From Octopus vulgaris (lineage: Eukaryota), in NCBI GenBank assembly GCA_951406725.2, contig OX597831.1, forward strand, positions 20,274,001 through 20,338,000: a stretch of 64,000 bases of DNA, in the 5' to 3' direction. Below the pieces are notes generated by a model. The model made no database searches. It worked only from the letters and a program-made list of their open reading frames with translations, and was not told the origin of the DNA. Shown in pieces: positions 30,893 to 41,260 of the stretch. The position numbers were made by a program, and so were the translations under genes. How positions within the stretch are numbered: position 1 is the first letter of the stretch; the number at the start of each line of letters is the position of its first letter.

Positions 30893-33833
30893 AACAACAC
30901 CCATATGGACGCAGAGGTGAAAATAAAAGATTTCACCATTGTTCGTGCGGATCGCACAGACCGAAATAAGGGAGGGACAGCCATCTTTATCCATGACTCC
31001 TTTTCACTTGATGCCAAGGACACATTTTCCAATGGCTACTGTGAATCGGTATCAGTATACAACAAAGCCAAGGACATAACCATTGTTGGTCTTTACAGGC
31101 CTCCCCAGGCACCTCTAAAGTACTTTGAAGAGTGCCTTAGCAAAGTCAAGTCCTTCCTTCGGAAGTACCACTCCAGAAACATAATAGTGATGGGTGATTT
31201 TAACCTCCCTCATGTGAACTGGCCCACAAATACTCCGAAGTTAGGCAAGTGCTCTACATCAGATAGGGCAGCAGCAGAACTGCTCTTTAATCTGATGGAT
31301 GAGTATTTCCTGACTCAGCTAGTGCTTGAACCAACGAGACAGAATTAAACGATCTTGGATCTGGTACTGACCAATCACTCTAGCTACGTTCACAGCATTT
31401 CAGTCGAAAAAACTCTCCTCTCAGACCACGACATGGTACTCTGCAATCTTAATTCCCGACGTATAAAAACCAAACCAGCCAATCCCACTCCATGGCACCC
31501 ATTTGACAACATAAATTTCCACAAAGCGGACTGGGGAACAATCAGAAAGGATCTGTCTTCCATCGACTGGTCTTTTACTCTCAATTCCCCTCATATTGAG
31601 ACCGCGTGGCAGCACTTTGAAACCATTGTCACCGACACATGCTCTAAACACGCTCCCAAGAAATCTACTAACACAAACAGAAACCGGCTCCCTAAAAAGA
31701 AAAAAACACTCATCAGGCGCATCAAAAGACTCAACAAAAAAATCAACCAATTAAAATATTCCCACACGCAACACCCACATTCAACAACAATGAAAAGACT
31801 AGAGCTGGAAAAACTTCATCTGCAGACTAACATGAAAACCTCCATTGAAAATCAAAGAGCTGTGGAGGAACAATGGGTAATCAAAAACATCAAACAGAAC
31901 CCAAAAGTGTTCTATTCTTATGGAAATAAGCATAGAACCACTGTCTCACCTATTGGGCCATTGATTGATGAAAACGGCATTCCCCAACACGATGCTAAAG
32001 AAATGGCAGAAATACTGCAGAAACAATATTGCTCTGTCTTCAGTGTTCCCACTGATATTGATGTGAGGGAAACGAACGAAGCTGACTCTCAACACAAAAT
32101 CGCAGACATAACCTTCACTGCCACCGACATCGTAGCAGCAATAAATGAGGTCAAACATTACTCTGCTGTAGGCCCTGATAGATTTCCCGCCAGTCTCCTG
32201 AAGGAATGTAGATATCAACTTGCAGTCCCTCTGACCAACCTCTGGAGAAACTCGTTAGACGCAGGTTATATACCGAAAAAGTTTCTATCCCAGTCGGTCA
32301 TCCCGGTTTTCAAACAGGGAAACAGATCCCTCGCAGTCAACTATCGCCCAATCTCACTCACCTCCCACATCATTAAAGTGTTTGAAAGAGTGTTAAGATC
32401 AAGGATAGCTGACTTCCTGGAGACCCACAAACTCCTAAATTCAAATCAGCATGGCTTTCGCTGTGGCAGGGACTGTCTAACACAGCTCTTACACCACATT
32501 GAAGATGTACTCAAAGCCTTGGGAACAGGTTCGAACTCTGACGTCATATACCTTGACTTCAGTAAAGCGTTCGACAGGGTAGACCATAACATCCTACTCT
32601 CAAAATTGGCAAATGTTGGAATCCGTGGAAAAGTTCTACACTGGATTCAGTATTTCCTAGCGAATAGAACACAACATGTTGTAGTTGATGGAGTCCACTC
32701 AAACCCAGCAAAAGTCACCAGCGGTGTTCCCCAGGGAACTGTTTTGGGTCCGCTACTCTTCATAATTTATGTAAACGACCTTTCCAGTGTCGTACATCAC
32801 TGCAAAGTGAAAATATTCGCTGATGACACTAAGCTCCAGCAAATCGTCAATGAAGAAGCAGACCGAACTCAACTCCAGTCTGACCTATATGCTGTGAGTC
32901 AATGGGCAGACAGAAAAAAAATGCAACTGAATGAGGGAAAATTTGAGCTGATGCATTTTGGAAGAAATTCCTCACTAAAACAACCATACTCTCTTCCTTC
33001 AGGGGAACCGCTCACAGCCTCTAACAATATCAGAGACCTGGGTGTAATTGTTGATTACGACCTCAGTTGGAGTGCACACATCAACAAGAAGGTCGATACA
33101 GCTCGTAGGATGAGTTCCTGGATCTTAAGAACTTTCCGGTCCAGAGAACAAGGTGTCATCATACCACTTTTTTCATCCTTTGTACGGCCACACCTTGAAT
33201 ACTGCTGCCCACTGTGGTCTCCTCACACAAGACAAAACATCTCCAGAATTGAGTCACCCCAGAGGGCTCTCACTAAACAAATTGAAGGCATGGCTGCTCT
33301 CGACTATTGGGATCGCCTTAAAGCCTTGAAACTTTACTCCCTCCAGCGTCGCCGTGAGCGGTACATCATTTTTACGATGTGGAAAATATACCGCCAACTT
33401 TGCCCAAACGACCTAAACATTAGCTTCAAGGTTCATCCAAGACTTGGACCACGGGCTATACGTCCCCTGCCAAATTCAAGATCACAACATACATGTACAC
33501 TGCAACATAATTTATTTTCCTCAACAGGCCCTGCCCTATTTAACATTGTCCCGAGGGAGATCAAAGAGGAAAAGATTCCCATCAACTTCAAACAGAGTCT
33601 GGATAGATTCCTTCAAAGAATACCAGACAAGCCACCCATAATTGGATACAACTCACCCAACAAGAACTCACTACTTGAACAAAACTGGATACAACTCACC
33701 CAACAAGAACTCACTACTTGAACAAAACTTGACTTAAACAGGATTCGAATAATCCTATCAGGTGGTGCTATTAAGTTAGACATGGCCTGGACCAATCTCT
33801 GGTCGAAACATATCTAAGTTTTATCTAAGTTTT
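30893..33833 (+). mobile_element. 5'-truncated CR1-group non-LTR retrotransposon (APE-RT)
   Basis: Abrupt GC shift inside the satellite. APE motifs GDFNLP and SDH; RT motifs YRPISLTS, DFSKAFD, GVPQGTVLGPLLF and FADD; CR1-type C-terminus RPHLEYCCPLWSP and YSLQRRRER. 3' stem-loop GACCA-ATCTC-TGGTC and (TATCTAAGTTT)2 tail. Confidence 0.93.
30905..33721 (+). pseudogene. LINE ORF2 (endonuclease-reverse transcriptase), N-truncated, one in-frame stop at 31346-31348
   Basis: ORFs 30905-31348 and 31355-33721 are in the same frame, separated by TAA within PTRQN*TILDLVLTN. Confidence 0.9.
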
Positions 33834-34114
33834 TATAAATAGAATCTATAAATAGAATCTATAAATACTATCTATAAATAGAATTTATAAATAGTATCTA
33901 TAAATAGAATCTATAAATAGAATCTATAAATAGAATCTATAAATAGAATCTATAAATAAATAAATAAATAAATAGAATCTATAAATAGAATCTATAAATG
34001 GAATCTATAAATAGAATCTATAAATAGAATCTATAAATAGAATCTATAAATAGAATCTATAAATAGAAGCTATAAATAGAAGCTATAAATAGAAGCTATA
34101 AATAGAAGCTATAA

Positions 34115-34485
34115 ATATTGAACATTCCATAGAGGGGGATTTGAAGGTGAAGGGGAAGAATGGGAAGAAGGAATATTGAACATTAAATAGAGTGGAATTT
34201 GAAGGTGAAGGGGAGGAATGGGTAGAAGGAATATTGAACATTCCAGAGAGGGAGATTTGGAGGTGAAGGGGAGGAATGGGAAGAAGGAATATTGAACATT
34301 CCATAGAGGGGGATTTGAAGGTGAAGGGGAGGAATGGGAAGAAGGAATATTGAACATTCCAGAGAGGGGGATTTGAAGGTAAAGGGGAGGAATGGGAACA
34401 AGGAATATTTAACATTCCAGAGAGGGGGATTTGAAGGTAAAGGGGAGGAATGGGAACAAGGAATATTGAACATTCCAGAGAGTTC
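34115..34485 (+). repeat. 58-bp purine-rich minisatellite, ~6.3 copies
   Basis: Unit starts at 34118, 34176, 34234 and onward with period 58. Confidence 0.93.
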
Positions 34486-34490
34486 AGACC

Positions 34491-35095
34491 TGATCAAACC
34501 AGTTCAAACCGGTTCAAACTGGTTCAAACTGTTCAAACCGGTTCAAACCGGAACAAACCAGTTCAAACTCTTTCATCAAACACTTTCATCAAACATTTTT
34601 CATCAGACATTTTCATCAAACATTAAACCGGTTCAAACCGGCTCAAACCGGATCAACCACATCAAACAAGTTCAAACCGGATCTAACCAATTCAAAACGG
34701 TTCAAACTGGTTCAAATCGGTTCAAACCGGTTCAAACCGGATCAAACCAGTTCAAACACTTTCATCAAACACTTTCATCAAACGTTTTTCATTAGACATT
34801 TTCATCAAACATTTTTCATCAGACATTTTCATCAGACATTTTCATCAAACATTTTCATCAAACATTTTCATCAGACATTTTGATCCGGTTTGAACCGGTT
34901 TTATTCGATTTGTACCGGTTTGAACCGGTTTTATTCGATTTTTATTCGATTTGTACCGTATCAAACCAGTTCAAACTGGTTCAAACCGGATCAAACCAGT
35001 TCAAACCGGATCAAACCAGTTCAAACCGGTTCAAACCGGGTCAAACCAGTTCAAACCGGTTCAAACTTGTTGAAACCGGTTCAAAATGGTTCAAA
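34491..35095 (+). repeat. 10-bp GGTTCAAACC and 13-bp ACATTTTCATCA blocks
   Basis: Direct reading; short inverted segment at ~34880-34958. Confidence 0.92.
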
Positions 35096-35129
35096 ATCTA
35101 TAAATAGTATCTATAAATAGAATCTATAA

Positions 35130-35420
35130 ATGTCAGGAATGTCTGGAACGTCAGGAATGTCTGGAACGCCAGGAATGTCTGGAATTTCAGGAATGTCTGG
35201 AATGTCAGGAATGTCTGGAATGTCAAGAATGTTTGGAATGTGAGGAATGTCAGAGATCAGAGGTGCCGACAGAGACACCATCTTTGAACGTCAGAAACGT
35301 CTGGAATGTCAGGAATGTCTGGGATTTCAGGAATGTCTGGAATGTCAGGAATGTCTGGAATGTCAAGAATGTTTGGAATGTGAGGAATGTCAGAGATCAG
35401 AGGTGCCGACAGAGACACCA
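35130..35420 (+). repeat. 9-bp GGAATGTC(T/A) satellite
   Basis: Tandem GGAATGTCT/GGAATGTCA; further blocks at 35825-35936 (minus) and 36944-37087 (plus). Confidence 0.92.
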
Positions 35421-35597
35421 TCTTTGATCATTTTCGGTACTCCTCTTTGATCTCTGTCGGCCCTTCTTTGATCTCTTTCGGCACTCTCTTTGCCGACAGA
35501 GACCAAAGAGGAGTACCGAAAAAGATCAAAGAGGGTGTCGACAGAGATCAAAGAGGAGTACCGAAAAAGATCAAAGAGGGTGCCGACATTCCTGACA

Positions 35598-36127
35598 TTT
35601 GAACCGGTTCGATATGGCTTGATCCAGGTTGAACCGGTTTGATCTGGTTTGATCCGGTTTGAACCGATTTGATCTGGTTTGAACCGGTTTGATCCGGTTT
35701 GAACCGGTCTGATCCGGTTTGATCCGGTTTCAACCGGTTTGATCCGGCTTGAACCGGTTTAATCCTGTCTGTACCGGTTTATCGGCACCGTCTTTGATCT
35801 TTATCGGCACACTCTTTGATCTATGACATTCCTGACATTCCAGACATTCCTGACATTCCAGACATTCCTTATATTCCAGACATTCCTGACATTCCAGACA
35901 TCCTGACATTGCAGACATCCTGACATTCCTGACATTTGAACCGATTCGATATGCCTTGATCCAGGTTGAACCGGTTTGATCTGGTTTGATCCAGTTTGAA
36001 CCGGCTTTATCTGGTTTGAACCGGTTTTATCCGGTGTGAACCGGTTTGAACCGGTTTCAACCAGTTTGATCCGGTTTATACCGGTTTGATCCGCTTTGAA
36101 CCGGTTGGATCCGGTTTGCACCGGTTT
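35598..36127 (-). repeat. Inverted 10-bp GGTTCAAACC blocks with intervening 22-bp and 9-bp units
   Basis: Plus strand reads GGTTTGAACC/GGTTTGATCC, the reverse complement of the upstream blocks. Confidence 0.9.
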
Positions 36128-37245
36128 GTTGGCACCGTCTTTGATCTTTGTTGGCACACTTTTTGATCTCTGTCGGCACCGCCTTTGATCCTTGTCGGCA
36201 CACCCTTTGATCTCTTCGTCACCGTCTTTGATCTCTGTCGGCACCGTCTTTGATCTCTGACATTCCTCACATTCCAGACATTCCTGACATTCTGTCGGCA
36301 CCCTCAATGAACTCTGTTGACACCCACTTTGATCTCTGTCGGCACCCTCTTTGATCTATATCGGCACCCTCTTTGATCTATGTCGGTACCCTCTTTGATC
36401 TATGTCGGCACACTCTTTGATCTATGTCGGCATCCTCTTTGATCTCTATCGGCACTCTCTTTGATCTCTGTCGGCACCCTCTTTGATCTCTGTCGGCACT
36501 CTCTTTGATCTATATCGGCACCCTCTTTGATCTATGTCGGTACCCTCTTTGATCTATGTCGGCACACTCTTTGATCTATGTCGGCATCCTCTTTGATCTC
36601 TATCGGCACTCTCTTTGATCTCTGTCGGCACCCTCTTTGATCTCTGTCGGCACTCTCTTTGATCTGTGTCAACACTCCTCTTTGATATTTGTCGGCACTC
36701 TCTTTGATCTCTGTCGGCACCCTCTTTGATCTGTGTCAACACTCCTCTTCGATCTCTGTCGGCACCCTCTTCGATCTCTGTCGGCATCATCTTTGATCTC
36801 TGTCGACATCCTCTTCGTTCTCTATCAGCACCCTCTTTGAACTCTGTCGGCACCATCTTTGATCTATGTCGGCACACTCTTTGATCTCTATCGGCACCAT
36901 CTTTGATCTTAGTCGGCACACTCTTTGATCTCTTTCGGCAAAGAGGAATGTCTGGAATGTCTGGAATATCTGGAATGTCAGGAATGTTTGGAATGCCAGA
37001 AATGTCTGGAATGTTCGGAATGTCAGGAATGTCTGGAATGTCAGGAATGTCTGGAATGTAAGGAATGTCTGGAATATCAGGAATGTCATCAAAGAGCGTA
37101 CTCTTTCGGTACGCTCTTTGATGTCTGTCGGCACCCTTTTTGATCTCTTTCGGCACCCTGTTTAATGTCTTTCGGCGCACTCTTTGATCTCTTTCGGGAC
37201 TCCTCATTGATCTCTCTCGGGACTCTTTCATCTCTTTCGGCATTT
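36128..37245. repeat. 22-bp CTCTTTGATCTCTGTCGGCACC satellite, degenerating towards 37245
   Basis: Tandem 22-bp units, interrupted by a 9-bp block at 36944-37087. Confidence 0.92.
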
Positions 37246-37816
37246 CATTCATTTCGTTTTCTAGCATATCACTCGCCTGCATGACGCTGGGTTTTCCGCT
37301 GCTCCGCTGCTGCATTAACTTTCGGGTAGTGCTCCATGATCTCTGGGCATCTGCAAACAAAACGTATTCCTCTTCCACAATTACCTCGTCGTCTTCACTT
37401 TCCACCGGCTCTTCGTTTTGCCTTACCTCCTTTGCTATTTCTTCTAGAGTGAAACATGTTGGACAATACAAGTGGCGGTAACTTGTATCAGATATTACTA
37501 ATGATACGAGGGGCCCGACAAGAACATTTTTCGCAGCATCGATAATCTCCTTCTTTTCCTTCAGCGTAAACTCAGTTCGCTTGCGTTTCTGAGCTGACAC
37601 TGTGCTACTTTCTGAACTTTTCAGATACGAAATGTACAAAATGTAGGAGTACAAAATTTCGAAAAGTTGCTTGCGCTAATTTTACAAGTGGCATAGTAGC
37701 GTGAGTTGAGGGTGGCATAGTAAAATTTTTTTGTTTATTATTTGGCCGGGATCGCGCAAAACTGGCATTGTAGTGAGAGTGGCATAGTAGCGAGGTGGCA
37801 TAGTAGCGAGAGTTCA

Positions 37817-37819
<3 letters not shown>
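37246..37819 (-). mobile_element. pogo/Tigger-like DNA transposon remnant (5' TIR plus internally deleted CENP-B-like transposase)
   Basis: Minus strand TA|CAGTGAACTCTCGCTACTATGCCAC terminus with subterminal GTGGCATAGTAGCG repeats. Translation KRKRTEFTLKEKKEIIDAAK (CENP-B/Psq-type HTH start) and acidic TLEEIAKEVRQNEEPVESEDDE C-terminal region; no DDE domain. Confidence 0.75.
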
Positions 37820-37866
<47 letters not shown>

Positions 37867-37871
37867 GTGGC

Positions 37872-37924
<53 letters not shown>

Positions 37925-37930
37925 CATACA

Positions 37931-38002
<72 letters not shown>
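37820..38002. repeat. (TA)n/(TC)n microsatellite
   Basis: Direct reading. Confidence 0.95.
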
Positions 38003-38006
<4 letters not shown>

Positions 38007-38865
38007 GTTGTTTGTTATGACAGGTCATATATCTAGCATTCTTGATCAAACTATTTAATTTCACGTTGCTCCAGTCCATTCAAATGGCAAAATTAAGTAA
38101 GTCTGCGACGGACTAGTGTCCTCTCCACTGGTGGTAGAGACACTATTTACGTCACAGAATCCGGGAAACCGGCCTCATGAGTCTACGACACGGGAAAAAC
38201 TTTTTTTGAAATCATCAGCTTCACGAGCCTGGATTTAACAGATTTCGTATTTAACAGTGATCAGTTTAAACTCTATTTATTCCTCAGTGTAATACGCGTA
38301 CCTCTGATCACGTGGTTACAACTGTTTTGGGTGGCGGTTTGTTTGTTACATTTTCCCGTGCAAAGAGAAAAACAAAAATCATTTTCAAAGAGATCAGGAA
38401 GTCACTGAAGAATTTTTTGATTTTTGGCTGGCATGGGTGGTTAAGAAATAGGATTGGTTGTCACAGCTGGTGGTGGCTTTCGAGTTAATTGATATTTTTA
38501 AATGTGTGTGTCTAAGAATGTTGTGTGATGAGACTAAATATTGTTTATTGTTTGTCTGTGCAAGAGGTGAGGAGAGAGAGAGAATGAGAAGGAGGGAGAG
38601 AGGGAATTCAGAGAAAGAAAGGGAGAAAGAGAGAAGAGAGAGAAAAAGAGGGAGAGAGAGAGAAGAGAGAGAGAGGAAGAAAGGGAGAGAGAAAAGAGAG
38701 TGAAAGAGAGGGAGAGAAAGAGGAGGGAATGGGTTACCGGCTATAGGACAATTGTATTTTATAAGGAAAGAATTTGATTTTAGAAAGAGAAATCCTCTAC
38801 AAGGAAAGGATAAGGAAACAGAAGTGTTTATATAAATGAATAAAGAAATAAATATATAGAGAGAT

Positions 38866-39050
38866 GTTTGTGTTCGTCCCACACCACTAGGTTATGTGTT
38901 TACACCTCCGTAACTTAGCGGTTCGGCAAAGGGACCGATAGAATAAGTACCAGGCTTAAAAAATAAGTTCTGGGGTCGATTCGTTGGTCTAAAATCCTTC
39001 AAGTCTGTGCCCCAGCATGACGGCAGTGCAATGACTGAAACAAGTAAAAT
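38866..39050 (+). mobile_element. SINE family 1, diverged 3' half
   Basis: ACTTAGCGGTTCGGCAAA..GATAGAATAAGTAC..ATGACTGAAACAAGTAAAA shared with 50058-50476. Confidence 0.7.
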
Positions 39051-39703
39051 TTAAGAGAAAATATAAAAGATATGTTTAAAACCCCTATACACTAATCAAA
39101 TTGCTTACAGAACTATGAACACCCGGAGAGAAACGTGTAAGCACACAACCAAACTTTCCGCCTCTCTACATTATTTTGTGAAAAACAGTTGAGACACCGA
39201 ATTGATAAAGGCTTAAATGCTGGACTTTGTACTTTTGACCATTATACTGTCAAAGCAAAGAGATTAAATCCAATAATACCAAAAGCAACGAAAATCCTAT
39301 CACATTTTTGTGCCCACCTAACAAAAGAGAAACACATAAAGACTCGTTTACAACGTTCTATATGCGTGAATAAATTCTAAACAACACCATAACCCCAAGT
39401 TTAATAAATTAACATTTTTTTCAGAACACCTTTCCATAACGACCGACCACAAAAACTTAATTACCACTCCACTCAAACCCACACACCCAAAAGGGGATTT
39501 TAACTCAACCGAGACGAAATAAAGGCAAGACTAACTCTAATACACCGCAGTTCGACACTGGCTTAGCTGGTCGAAACTTCGAAGTCACTATCAAGGAATT
39601 CTTGCATAAAAATAATAAATTTGTCCTCTACAATAGTATTGAGCAATTCATCAGATTAATGTAGAATTGTTTTGATTATAACTGAACGTAAATATAAACA
39701 ATA

Positions 39704-39769
<66 letters not shown>

Positions 39770-39818
39770 ATATATTATATACATGTGGTTGGGAAGCAAG
39801 CTTCTTAACACACAGTCA

Positions 39819-39870
<52 letters not shown>

Positions 39871-40068
39871 ACAATTGAGGGTAAAATTAATTAATCAATT
39901 TCACCAAGTGTTCAGTATGTAAAAGGACCATTTAAGGCGAATTCAAAATATTACATTATATAAGAGAAATTTTCTTTAAGTAGTAGAAATGCTAAGAAAA
40001 TTTTTTTTGGCTGCTATTTCTACTAAGTTCAGTATGTGGCAAAGTAATATATTTTACTAAGCCCTAAT

Positions 40069-40159
<91 letters not shown>

Positions 40160-40205
40160 AAATGTGCATATAATTTTCGTCGAAGGACTGTTTTATAGAT
40201 ATAGA

Positions 40206-40572
40206 CTAGCTTAAGGTGACCCGCTCTACGCGCGGGTAAGAGTGTGGTTGTTACTTTCTGTTGCTTCCTTTCTGTTTTTTATCACCACATTCTCCCTCTT
40301 TGTTTCTCTCTCCTTTCTCTCTCACTTTCCCACTTCTCTTACTCTTCATTTCTCTCGGACTTTCCCTCGCTTTCTCTTAATCTCTATCTTTCTCTATCTC
40401 TCTCTTCCATTTATAAACAACAAAGTTGAGAAAGAAAATATTTTTACGCTTTTTAAACCCTTCGTCGTTATTCTCATTCACTCATTATTACTTTCTCCCT
40501 TCCTTTCATTTCTCTCTATAACGTCGTTTGATAGCGTCTACTATCTTTCCTCCGCCGCCTTCGCCAGCGCTG

Positions 40573-40613
<41 letters not shown>

Positions 40614-41087
40614 GTCTGTCTGCATTCATAGAGAGAATTATCATCGCCACCACCACACAATCATGAGAATTTTTCTCTCTCTATATATAGATAGAGAGAG
40701 AGGGAGAGAGAAAGTAATAATGAGTGAATGAAAATAACGACGAAGTGTTTAAAAAGCGTAAAAATAATGAAGGCGGCGGAGGAAAGATAGTAGACGCTAT
40801 CAAACGACGTTATAGAGAGAAAGTGAAAGGAAAGGAGGAAAGAGAGTGAGATGGAGGAAGACAGGCAGATAATAGAATGAGAGTAGACTTGTCAAAATGT
40901 GCGTTTTTTGCCCTAATAGCCACACCTTTTAAGATAGGGGATTTCTAACCTAGCCCACTCATCCTCACCTCATTTTACATGTCCCTGTAAATTTTGGAGT
41001 TAATCCGACCCCATCTAGTGCCCGTTAACCCGTTCCAATGCCAAAAACCAGACAAACTTTTCGCATTTCAGAATTATAATATAGAGA
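40206..41087 (-). mobile_element. Non-autonomous Helitron-like element
   Basis: Minus strand A|TC start at 41087, GC hairpin ACCCGC-N7-GCGGGT (40219-40237) and CTAG|T end at 40206; no TSD. Confidence 0.7.
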
Positions 41088-41203
41088 TTAAGGGGACATG
41101 TGTCTGTGGAATGCTCAACCACTTACATGATAATTCGGGAGCAGGTATTGATTAGATAACTGAATCCTCATCGATGAACGACGGAGATCCCTCATACACA
41201 CAC

Positions 41204-41260
<57 letters not shown>

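Larger units (their letters stand above)
1..37245. repeat. Composite multi-monomer satellite array (runs off the left edge; interrupted by a LINE at 30893-33833)
   Basis: Continuous tandem blocks of AAATAGAATCTAT (13 bp), (TAAA)n, TATGCAAATTATG(TA)n (~19-23 bp), GGTTCAAAC(C/T) (10 bp), AAATAGAAGCTAT (13 bp), a 58-bp purine-rich unit, ACATTTTCATCA(A/G) (13 bp), GGAATGTC(T/A) (9 bp) and CTCTTTGATCTCTGTCGGCACC (22 bp). Confidence 0.97.

Noticed and set aside
36128-36940. CRISPR-like array
   Set aside because: Units are head-to-tail with no unique spacers, there are no cas genes, and the context is eukaryotic
36554-37654. 366-aa minus-strand ORF as a real gene
   Set aside because: Non-ATG start; chimera of transposase debris and satellite (IPD and RDQR repeats); kept only as part of the pogo finding
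39868-40070. ~200-bp insert between (TA)n tracts as a Penelope fragment
   Set aside because: Context is suggestive but there is no hammerhead core, ORF or second copy in the window
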